Shown here: in pieces, positions 1 through 8,612 of the stretch
How the letters are laid out: every line of letters begins with the position of its first letter
Position numbering within the stretch: the stretch's first letter is position 1
Assembly (NCBI RefSeq): GCF_006345805.1
Contig: NW_021826105.1
Span: 1-13,929 of the forward strand
Length of the DNA: 13,929 bases
From: Octopus sinensis
Lineage: Eukaryota
Direction of reading: 5' to 3'
The notes under the pieces: generated by a model
What the model was told of the DNA's origin: nothing
Databases searched by the model: none
The model's input: only the letters and a program-made list of their open reading frames with translations
Position numbers and translations under genes: made by a program

Positions 1-12
1 ATATATATATAT

Positions 13-78
13 GGCGGTTGCCCCAGCTGGCCACAGCTCATAAGCTGAAACTAGAATCAATCAATCAATCAATCAATC
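13..78 (+). mobile_element. Isolated 3' tail of a SINE/LINE ending in (AATC)6
   Basis: 13-54 GGCGGTTGCCCCAGCTGGCCACAGCTCATAAGCTGAAACTAG aligns with the reverse complement of the SINE-B tail at ~8240-8281 (GGCGGTGCTCCAGCATGGCCGCAGTCAAATGACTGAAACAAG). It is followed by (AATC)6 at 55-78. Confidence 0.7.
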
Positions 79-99
79 ATATATATATATATATGTGGG

Positions 100-256
100 T
101 GTCTTTACGTTCTGAGTTCAAATTCCGCCGAGGTCGACTTTGCCTTTCATCCTTTCGAGGTTGATAAATTAAGTACCAGTTACGCACTGGGTCGGTCTAA
201 TCGACTGGTCCCCCCCCCACAAAATTTCGGGCCTTGTGCCTAGAGTAGAAAAGAAT
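100..256 (+). mobile_element. tRNA-derived SINE, family A, 5'-truncated
   Basis: Pol III B-box-like GAGTTCAAATTCC at 114-126, followed by GCCGAGGTCGACTTTGCCTTTCATCC. The same body recurs at least 8 more times in the window on both strands. Confidence 0.9.
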
Positions 257-555
257 ATATATGTGGGTGTGTATACGTCTCGGTTTGTATGTATGTCTGC
301 GTATAAATATATATATATTTATACATATATATATATACATACATGTGTGTGCGTATATATGTATGCGTATAAATGTGTGTGTGCGCGCGCATGTATGCAT
401 ATGTGTATATATTTGCGCGTACGTTTGTGTGTGTGTGTGTGCGTGTATATATATATGTGTGTGTGGGTGCTTATATATATGTGCGTGTGTGTGTTGTATA
501 TGCGCATAATATATATATATTATATATATATATGCATATATGTGTGTATATGCGC

Positions 556-597
<42 letters not shown>

Positions 598-612
598 TAT
601 ATATATATATAT
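257..612. repeat. Compound (AT)n/(GT)n microsatellite
   Basis: Nearly continuous alternating purine-pyrimidine dinucleotides; source of the YI/HT/CV pseudo-ORFs. Confidence 0.95.
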
Positions 613-703
613 AATAATATATCAAGTATCCATAAGGATGGAAAAGAACAAAGTAATGATATAAAAAGTGTCTGTGTTGCGAACAATATAATCGTTACAC
701 ATA

Positions 704-707
<4 letters not shown>

Positions 708-745
<38 letters not shown>
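708..745. repeat. (CA)n microsatellite
   Basis: Pure AC tract. Confidence 0.95.
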
Positions 746-748
<3 letters not shown>

Positions 749-1195
749 TGCTGCGCACGATGGCATAATATCGATATTTTAATAATATAGTGTTGTTGAT
801 GATGAAGATGATGATGATGATGGCTATTTAGTCGTCCAATTAGTTTGTTTTGCAGTAATTATTTAAAAATCAAGATGAAACCAACAGCATAATAATAATA
901 CGCCGAGCCTAGATTCTTAGAAGAAATTTTTGTACAAAAGACAACTTTGAGGGCGCTAGGGCAATTTGTGTGTGTGTGTATGTATGAGCGTGTGTTTATA
1001 CATGTGTACGTTTGCGTGTGTGCATGTGTATGCATGCGTTATCGTTCGTTCGTTCGTTTCATAGATTGCTATCTTTTTGCCTAATTTTCCTACTTCAGCA
1101 AACACACACACACACACACACGTCTCATTTTAGTACGATTTTATCACTTGAAAAATACTCAGCCCTGTTTTTTTGAAAAGGAGACGCAAATTAAT

Positions 1196-1700
1196 GCACA
1201 CACACGCAAAATACACATACACACACACACACGCAAAATTCACACGCGCAAAATCACACACACAACACAAAGCAAAATACACGTGCACACACGCAAAATA
1301 CACACGCGCACACAAAGCAAAATACAAATGCACACACGCAAAATACACACGCGCAAAAACACACCAACACACACACAAAGCAAAATACACGTGCACACAC
1401 GCAAAATACACACGCGCAAAAACACACACACACACAAAGCAAAATACACATACACACACGCAAAATACACACGCGCAAACACACACACACAAAGCAAAAT
1501 ACACATGCGCGCACGTAAAGATACACACTCACGCGCACAGTGTGTACATATATGCACACCGCGCAAAATACACACATTTGTAAAATATACGCACAATCAT
1601 ATACACCCATTTGCACACACGCCAAATTCATGCATTCGCACACACGCAAAATACACACATGCGCTCCTGCGAAATATACACATATACACACGCAAAACAC
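1196..1700. repeat. Compound minisatellite built on GCAAAATACAC, ~45-63 bp higher-order unit
   Basis: AAAGCAAAATAC anchors at 1269, 1314, 1377, 1436 and 1491 (spacings 45, 63, 59, 55). The array degenerates after ~1510. Confidence 0.9.
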
Positions 1701-1813
1701 ACACATAAATGTGTATATATGTTCACATTATACATTGTCATGCACATTTATGTACCACACACACATATATATATATACATACACAAATTCTTCGAAGCAT
1801 TTCCCAGTTGCCA

Positions 1814-1945
1814 TCTCTCTCTCTCTCTCTCTCTCTTTTTGGAAATGTGTGTGTATTTACATGTGTGTGTGTGTGTATGTTCTCTAGAATATGTATATTT
1901 TGTTTTTAACTTTCTGCATGTAAGGGCCTTCTGGGCTTCATTTAT

Positions 1946-1977
<32 letters not shown>
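1814..1977. repeat. (CT)n, (GT)n and (CA)n microsatellites
   Basis: (CT)n at ~1814-1836, GT-rich tract at ~1846-1879, (CA)n at ~1948-1977. Confidence 0.9.
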
Positions 1978-1984
<7 letters not shown>

Positions 1985-2536
1985 GTATGTATACAGACAC
2001 AATACGCATTCGTACACACACACGCATGCATACATACGTACACACACCGCACATGCACGCAAAAGCAATGGAATCCATTTATTTGGGGATCACTTTTCAT
2101 TTGATAACAATAACCGGCTAACGATGTTACGCAGAGTTCGCGACCCAGTAATTTCCCCCAAAAAAAACTAGTTGATAACTGATTATAATAAACGGCTTTG
2201 TGTTTATTAAGTCTCGCTGAATGGCAATTCATACGTGTGTGAATTACTACAAAGTAACAAAAAAAAAGTTTCGGAGAGAAGCACTCAATACCGTAAGAAA
2301 GAGTGAAATAATACCGTTACTGCGGGAGTCGCTACTTGGATATAGTAGCCGAAGCGTTTTACTCTGGGCTTCCCGTAAAACAACCCTCTTTTGTGTATGT
2401 TTGTGTACGTGTGTATAACCGATATATGTACGTATATATGAGATTCGTAGATCGAATAGGATAAATATTGCCATGCTCTGGATTCTCAGTCCTTCGATCA
2501 CTTTGTAACTTCGACCGAATAATAATAAAAATAATA

Positions 2537-2766
2537 ATACTTTCTATGTAATCTCAAGTTTTAAAACAAACATAATTTTCGTATGTTTTTTTTAGATATT
2601 CACTAGTACAACACTAAGTACAAAACCAAATATATGGCACACTAGGCATAACATCAACATGAACTTCCAACTTGTTGTCTCTTGAGGTCTCTGGGTGAGG
2701 ACTTGGAGCCAACTTGTACAAATGTAAAGCAAAAGTCAAACATAGAATAATAATAATAATAATAAT
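2537..2766 (+). mobile_element. 5'-truncated non-LTR retrotransposon 3' UTR, probably R4/Dong-like, embedded in (AAT)n
   Basis: Starts with ATA CTT TCT ATG TAA (I-L-S-M-stop, 2537-2551), resembling the ILRKxLSM* C-terminus I recall for RLE-type R4/Dong ORFs. About 195 bp of non-simple sequence follows, then an (AAT)n tail at 2746-2766. AAT repeats also lie directly upstream (2518-2538). The family assignment is from memory. Confidence 0.55.
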
Positions 2767-3014
2767 AGTAGTAGTAGTAAATATTTATTTTTTGTTGTTA
2801 CTCTGAGTTTCACCTGTCTTAAGAGAAGTTACCATAGTGGTAACTAAGATAGAAATAATATTTCGCTCTTCTGTAGTATCGAGTACTCTTTCTTTGTGAC
2901 AGGACGTATGTGTGCGCGCGCACACACATATATGAGAGAGAGAGAAAGAGTGTGTGTTGACGCCATGACAGTTTATAAACTTTCGATCCGCCTTCAACTT
3001 CTCTTATCCGAGAA

Positions 3015-3184
3015 GGGATTTTCAACTCAGTATATTACATGCTGTTATTTCTAGCATAGACTCTGAACCTGTTTTTACCGAGGAATTGTATTAAAATTTT
3101 TTAGATATTTTGTGTATTGTAGAAGTATAACCAAAATCTAATGTGGACCCCAGGGGTCACATGGGCCCTATTTGAGAACCACTG
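3015..3184. mobile_element. hAT(Charlie)-like DNA transposon/MITE terminal fragment
   Basis: TTTGAGAACCACTG at 3171-3184 is the reverse complement of CAGTGGTTCTCAAA, a typical hAT-Charlie TIR. It is preceded by GTGGACCCCAGGGGTCAC. No partner TIR was found and the left boundary is uncertain. Confidence 0.45.
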
Positions 3185-3233
3185 ATTTATAGCACTATGT
3201 GCTTGGAGATTCACTGTTCCAAAAATAATCTAA

Positions 3234-3563
3234 TACTTGTTTCAGTGGTCTGACTGCGGCCGTGCTGGAGCACCGCCTTGAAGTGCTTTATTCGGACAAA
3301 ACGACCTGAGGTCTAATTTCTTAAGCCCAGTACTTATTTAATCGGCTTCCCTTGCAGAACCGCTAAGTTACGGGGACGTAAACGCGCCAACACCGGTTGT
3401 CAAGTGTTGATGGGATGGTGGACAGACACACACACATACACAGATATATATATATATACGACGAGCTTCTTTCAGTTTCCCTCTGTCAGATCTACTCACA
3501 AAGCTTTGACCGAAACCATGTGGTTCGGGAACCAAGCTTCTACTGCACTGTCACGCCTGCGCC
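3234..3563 (-). mobile_element. tRNA-derived SINE, family B, diverged, with internal deletion
   Basis: Collinear with the copy at 8234-8603 (same tail, ACGGGGAC, internal CA/TA microsatellite, CTTCTTTCAGTTTCC). It lacks ~55-60 bp at 3508-3511, including the B-box. Confidence 0.9.
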
Positions 3564-3564
3564 A

Positions 3565-3567
<3 letters not shown>

Positions 3568-3611
<44 letters not shown>
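3568..3611. repeat. (CA)n microsatellite
   Basis: Pure CA tract abutting the SINE-B head. Confidence 0.95.
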
Positions 3612-3616
<5 letters not shown>

Positions 3617-4031
3617 TGTATTATTGTTTTGAGATCGTAGTTATTGCCGGTGTTACTGGTATTAAACGAACGTTTTAATTGTTAATTTTGACTTTTGGAA
3701 TTCGTTTCGCAAATGAAGATAGTTTACAATCCCAAACAATCTCTTCACCATTCTTCATACAGAAATACTGCCACAAGGTGCCTTCCGATTTCTAAACAAC
3801 TGAGGGATTCTGTGACTGTGAGTCATAAACGATATTAACCTCTTATAATTCACGGAAGCTCTTACCTACTAGAAATAGAAGCTAAATGTCATTCGTAATC
3901 CTTATCTTAACATAAAAAAAAGGAGAAAAAAAAACAGGACTTTGGATAATGGAATCAGATTTAGATTCAATGTTTGAAAGAAATAAGTGTTTCTAATTTT
4001 GGATAAGGGACATTTTTGCTTGATTAAAAAT

Positions 4032-4249
4032 AATGTTTCTAATTTTAGCACAGGGGCAGTAGTTTTGAGGGGGTGGGGAGTCGATCGATACCACCGACAC
4101 GAATATTTGACTGTTATTTTATCGACTCCGAAAGGATGAAAATTTGATTTTAATCTAGCGGGATTTGAACTCAGAATTTATAAAGCCGGAACAAAAATAT
4201 TCAAAGCAATTTCTTTTCCGACGCTCTTACGATTCTGCCAGAGCGCTTC
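4032..4249 (-). mobile_element. SINE family A, old full-length copy
   Basis: TATCGACTCCGAAAGGATGAAA ... GGGATTTGAACTCAGAA (B-box, reverse complement) ... ACGATTCTGCCAG (A-box region). Confidence 0.85.
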
Positions 4250-4272
4250 ATTTTTTTAAAATAATGGTTTCT

Positions 4273-4380
4273 TATTTCTTTATTGCCCTTAAGGGGCTAA
4301 ACATAGAGGGAACGAAAGGGTGAAAGGCAAAGTCGACCTCGGCGGAATTTGAACTCAGAACGTAAAGACAGACGAAATAC
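4273..4380 (-). mobile_element. SINE family A, variant-tail subfamily, 5'-truncated, ~75 bp internal deletion
   Basis: Tail TATTTCTTTATTGCCCTTAAGGGGCTAAACATAGAGGG matches 4382-4420. It then jumps to GAAAGGGTGAAAGGCAAAGTCGACCTCGGCGGAATTTGAACTCAGAACGTAA, almost identical to 4498-4549. Confidence 0.9.
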
Positions 4381-4583
4381 CTATTTCTTTACTACCCACA
4401 AGGGGCTTAACACAGAGGGGACAAACAAGGACAGTCAAACGGATTAAGTCGATTATATCGACCCCAGTGCGTAACTGGTACTTAATACATCGACTCCGAA
4501 AGGATGAAAGGCAAAGTCGACCTCGGCGGAATTTGAACTCAGAACGTAACGGTGTGCTAACGTTTCTGCCAGCTCGCCGCCTT
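4381..4583 (-). mobile_element. SINE family A, variant-tail subfamily, young copy with head
   Basis: Head on the minus strand AAGGCGGCGAGCTGGCAGAAACGTTAGC (A-box-like), B-box GAGTTCAAATTCC, internal direct repeat ATCGACCCC/ATCGACTCC at 4457 and 4489. About 30 bp are missing between the A and B boxes. Confidence 0.9.
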
Positions 4584-4596
4584 AAATTTTTTTTTT

Positions 4597-4786
4597 ATGG
4601 TTTCTAGTTTTGGCATAAGACCAGCAATTTTTAAGGTGTGCGGGTTTAGTTGATTTTTATGGACCCCGTCATTATGAAAGGTAAAGTCAACCTCTATTGA
4701 ATTTGAACTCGCATCGTAAAGAGTCTGAAGAAATTTAGCTAAACATTTTGTCTGTCTCGCTAACGATTCTGCCAGCTCGCCGACTT
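4597..4786 (-). mobile_element. SINE family A, older copy with ~32 bp deletion
   Basis: ATGAAAGGTAAAGTCAACCTC...ATTTGAACTC...GCTAACGATTCTGCCAGCTCGCCG. Only one GACCCC is retained. Confidence 0.85.
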
Positions 4787-4799
4787 GATAATTATAATG

Positions 4800-5079
4800 G
4801 TAGTCTGTAGTGGTCCGAGAAAAACAACCTGTACAAATGATTCGTTTATAGTCATCAAATGTTTGTGCAGTACATGAACTCACTCCCTTCATCAAATCGA
4901 CATTACCTGTACAGGTGCTCGATGTACCTACCACACGCCAGGTGTCAAAGTGACTGTAGGGCAACATGAATTGAAGGGTTTTGCTCTCAAGAATACAACA
5001 CCCCAACCGGTCCAGGGATTGAAACTACTATCTCACGACCGTGAGTGCAACACCCTAACCACTAAACCATGCGCGCGCC

Positions 5080-5080
<1 letters not shown>
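4800..5080 (-). mobile_element. tRNA-derived SINE, family C
   Basis: Minus-strand head AGGCGCGCGCATGGTTTAGTGGTTAGGG with A-box TGGTTTAGTGG (5059-5069), hairpin CTCACG-AC-CGTGAG (5032-5045) and degenerate B-box AGTTTCAATCCC (5015-5026). The 3' boundary is approximate. Confidence 0.75.

Positions 5081-5112
<32 letters not shown>
5081..5112. repeat. (TAA)n microsatellite
   Basis: Pure TAA tract directly next to the SINE-C head. Confidence 0.95.
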
Positions 5113-5187
5113 TGGGGTGAACATAACTGGAGAGTCTTTTAAGCATAGATTATACGATCAGAATTTATATGGAGTCAAAAAGCATTA

Positions 5188-5490
5188 ACTCATTCCTACA
5201 AACGGAAGGGATTTTTTAATCCCTTTTGCGACCCCAGATCCCGAAAGGAATACCCTAGATGATTGCATAACCTCCAAAGCATTACCCAGTATGTCCTCAG
5301 CTGCCTCAAGGAATTAATTGTTAATGTCTTTTACCTCCTTCGCCCCATCAATTTTATCATCAGCAGCAGATTCTTCAATTCTGTTATGCGTCAATATGAT
5401 TACAAGTGATTGCAATTGCTTGGTCTTACTGTACATTAAATAACCAGGAACAAAACAGAAGAAAATCCTAAATATTTTGTCATATTTATT
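5188..5490 (-). pseudogene. Possible decayed coding remnant, product unknown
   Basis: 101-codon frame with one internal TAA (5314-5316): NKYDKIFRIFFCFVPGYLMYSKTKQLQSLVIILTHNRIEESAADDKIDGAKEVKDINN*FLEAAEDILGNALEVMQSSRVFLSGSGVAKGIKKSLPFVGMS*. No family recognised. Confidence 0.25.
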
Positions 5491-5838
5491 CTATATAAAA
5501 AAAAAAAACGATACTTCGTGATTGCATTTTGTACTCCCACATTCCAGGCCTCTGGCTCCTAATAAGCCAGAGGTTTCAAGTCAATTCCATCTTGGCTAAG
5601 AATCTAAGAATTTGCGTGTCTCTCCTATTAATTACTGTATTTCGGGCAATTTCCTAAGTAATTAGTCTAAGAAATGAAGCTATGTGTGGCCTTCTGTTTT
5701 GTGGCCTCTTAATAATTTTTTTAATGGTGGCCACCAAAGGCCACCACAGTAGTCAAATTTGAAAAATATTATCGCTAAACGATATATAAAGTTATGCTGT
5801 TTTCGCTATATCGTGTGTGAAAAAAAAATTTAATGTTA

Positions 5839-6194
5839 GGTTGGTCACGGATGGAACTATTTTGATTATAGGTTTGCTCGACCGGGGCTGACTTAGGACA
5901 AGAAATAACGCAAGTCACTAAGTTTTCGCTAAATCTGCTAAAAATAGCAGCTAAATCTATCTCATATCACAAAACCGACTGTCTTAGAAAAAGGGGGAAT
6001 GACATCTAGGGTCATGTAGTCTCAGATGGACTGTGCCTGAAAAATCTCGGTTTACTAATATTAATAGCTAAATTCCCCACATATCAGACGTTACCATTTT
6101 CAAAATACATTGGCAACTGTTACCAGTCCTTGATACATGTCTTTAAAAAAAAAAAAAGGAGAATGATGGTCACGGTTGGAATGGCTTGGATCAT
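5839..6194 (+). mobile_element. Two to three degenerate fragments of another interspersed repeat (family D, retroposon-like)
   Basis: In-window direct repeats TGGTCACGG(A/T)TGGAA at 5842 and 6167, and AGCTAAAT...CATATCA at ~5949 and ~6067. The segment resembles an octopus repeat 3' end recalled from memory. Confidence 0.45.
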
Positions 6195-6375
6195 CATGCA
6201 TGTGTGTTTATATTTCCCTTATAGCTTTAAGTTGGCAATCATTTGCCTCTTATCTACATTGCCGTTTTACAATATTCGGATGGCTAATCTACAGAAAGGA
6301 CGATTTCGTATTTCTGTGCGTGAGCTCACATTTCTAAACGCATTTATGTATGTAGTATGTCTGAATTAATCACGA

Positions 6376-6414
<39 letters not shown>

Positions 6415-6621
6415 GTTTAACTTCAGTCTTGCGACTGGAATATTTCTGTCTCTAAACCGCGGAGACGAAACACAGAATTCAACATAGTTAATAATATGTG
6501 TGCGTGATACCGGTGGTATTAATATTTAAAATTCTGCCATTTCATTTATACATATATATATTATTAGAAACTCGAGATTCTAATAAAATATACACAATCG
6601 CTTACTAATGCTCGCACAGAA

Positions 6622-6664
<43 letters not shown>

Positions 6665-7826
6665 CAGAGAGAAAGAGAGCAATTTATTTAGGGTTAGAAA
6701 TTTTTCTATACAGACGCGTACGCTTTGGGTAGATTTCGGTATCTTTATATAAACGCGCACAGGCATGCATATACAGTGATACGCATACGTATACACACTC
6801 GTGTACACAAAAGCGCATTTATATTATTACCTTTATGAAAACTCCTGCAATACGTAGTGAAAGATTGCGTAGAGGGATTACAAAGAGAAGTTCTCGTGTT
6901 ATTGACAAGCCAATATTTCTTGGATGTCTAAAGAAGCATATACACAACATAACTTCAATGTATACACGTACAAATATAGAATATATTATACATACAAACA
7001 CACAGTTTCTTAACAATTCAGGCTTAGAACCTTTTCAACGTTCTCAAGATTGATATAAAATGCTACGCAAGAAAGGACATTTTAAAAGTCATGTGATTAT
7101 GTTGAGTCCATTGTACGGTTTGGTCTAACCTGACCATCACTATACCTTCACCCTCGCTAAACTCTCCATCGTTCTCTTTCTTCTGTGTATGTAATGTATC
7201 TGTGTGTTGGTCGTGCAATGATTCTTATGCAAGAAAGTGTGTGTGTGTGTGTGTGTATTGGTTTGTTGTATATCCATGTATAAACATTACTTTCGTTTTT
7301 GCTGAACCTAGTGGCATTCGACTTGTATAATAATAGAATGGGTTTGTACATAGGACTCTTTCTCTCTCTCTCGTCCCGTTGATAGGTTAAAAAGGAGCAA
7401 ATTTGAGGCTGCCGTCTACATAGTAATACACAAACACATACATGTGTGTATATATATATATATTTATGTATGCTCATATATATTTATATACACAGTTTAC
7501 AGATCCAGAAGAGGTAGAATAAAAATACTCCATCCAGTGAGAGACAAATATCAATTTAATACACAACCAAAAGAGCTATTATATATATATATATATATAT
7601 GCATTATATGCACACATAATTATACACACTTGTATATTTACACGCATGTACATATATAATTTATACACTTGTCTGCATATTTGCATACACACTCACACAT
7701 GCACATAATTTATACACGCGCACCTGTTCATTTACTTACACGCGCGCGCAAATACACTCACACTCTCTCTCTCTCTCACACACACACACACTCACACACA
7801 CGCATTTACATTCATACGGATTGACC

Positions 7827-7978
7827 AAGGCGTTGTAGAATTAGCTGAGTTCAAATGCCGTCAGGGTTGTCTTTGCGTTTCATACTTCGTGGTTGATAAA
7901 ATAAGTACCAGTTACGCACTGGGGTCGATGTAATCGACTTGCCTACTCCCCACCAAATTTCAGGCCTTGTATCTATGG
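7827..7978 (+). mobile_element. SINE family A, head partly deleted
   Basis: CTGAGTTCAAATGCCG...TTTCATACTT...GATAAAATAAGTACCAGTTACGCACTGGGGTCGATGTAATCGAC...CAGGCCTTGT. Confidence 0.85.
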
Positions 7979-7985
7979 TCACGAA

Positions 7986-8184
7986 CCAGCAGAATCGCTT
8001 GCGCTTCGGACAAAAATGCTCAGGCATTTACGTTCTGAGTTCAAATGCCGTCGGGGTCGGACTTTGCCTTTCATACTTACGGGATCGATAAAATAAAGTA
8101 CCAGGTATTCATTATCATCGATGTAATCAATTAACAAATCCCCTTTCTTCAACGTTGCTGCCCGTGTCTAAACTAGAGACCATT
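7986..8184 (+). mobile_element. SINE family A, tandem with the preceding copy
   Basis: GCAGAATCG...TTTACGTTCTGAGTTCAAATGCCGTCGGGGTCGGACTTTGCCTTTCATAC...GATAAAATAAAGTACCAG, ending AGAGACCATT. Confidence 0.8.
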
Positions 8185-8233
8185 TTGAACGTAGGATTTG
8201 GCAAAGTTGAGAGAAATTCGGAAAAATATTACT

Positions 8234-8603
8234 CTTTTACTTGTTTCAGTCATTTGACTGCGGCCATGCTGGAGCACCGCCTTTAATCGAGCAACTCGAC
8301 CTGGGACTTATTCTTTTGTAACCCAGTACTTATTCTATCGGTTTTGCCGAACCGCTAGGTAACGGGGACATAAACACACCAACATCGATTGTCAAGCAAT
8401 GCTAGGGGGACAGACACATACACATACAAATATATATATATGACAGACTTCTTTCAGTTTCCGTCTACCAAATCCACTCACAAGGCTTTGGTCGGCCCGA
8501 GGCTATAGTAGAAGACACTTGCCCAAGGTGCCACGCAGTGGGACTGAACCCGGAACCATGTGGTCGGTAAACAAGCTACTTACCACAAAGCCACTCCTGC
8601 GCC
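8234..8603 (-). mobile_element. tRNA-derived SINE, family B, full-length, with candidate 7-bp TSD
   Basis: A-box TGGCTTTGTGG (8583-8593 rc), B-box GGTTCAGTCCC (8540-8550 rc), CCTTGGGCAAGT (8517-8528 rc; also seen in MIR/CORE-type SINEs), internal microsatellite and LINE-like tail. TATTACT flanks both sides (8227-8233, 8604-8610). Confidence 0.92.
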
Positions 8604-8612
8604 TATTACTTT

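Noticed and set aside
197-768. ORFs rich in YI/HT/CV dipeptides (also those at 9316-9681, 11816-12261 and 12864-13455)
   Set aside because: Translations of dinucleotide microsatellites, which lack stops in several frames on both strands.
1130-1708. Overlapping 118-186 aa ORFs with THAKYTRAK repeats
   Set aside because: Open on both strands because of the minisatellite; no coding signature.
3819-3825. AP-1 site TGAGTCA (and CRE-like TGACGTAA near 10973)
   Set aside because: Single 7-8-mers are expected by chance in 14 kb, with no supporting context.
4273-4583. Direct repeats superficially like a CRISPR array
   Set aside because: Long unequal SINE copies with no regular repeat-spacer periodicity; eukaryotic context with no cas genes.
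4557-5006. 149-aa minus-strand ORF
   Set aside because: TTG start, and it runs through three separate SINE copies; a chance chimeric frame.
5015-5080. tRNA gene-like A/B boxes (also at 8540-8603 and in family A heads)
   Set aside because: No full cloverleaf or acceptor stem; they continue into SINE bodies.
5206-5227. Intrinsic terminator-like hairpin followed by T
   Set aside because: Bacterial-type terminators are not meaningful in this eukaryotic context; kept only as a hairpin.
5294-5363. Other CUGANGA matches on the minus strand (5294-5300, 5357-5363) and at 4725 on the plus strand
   Set aside because: No stem II followed by GAAA and NUH in the required arrangement.
6444-6478. Stem GTCTC/GAGAC followed by GAAAC, resembling half a hammerhead
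   Set aside because: No CUGANGA box upstream of the stem.
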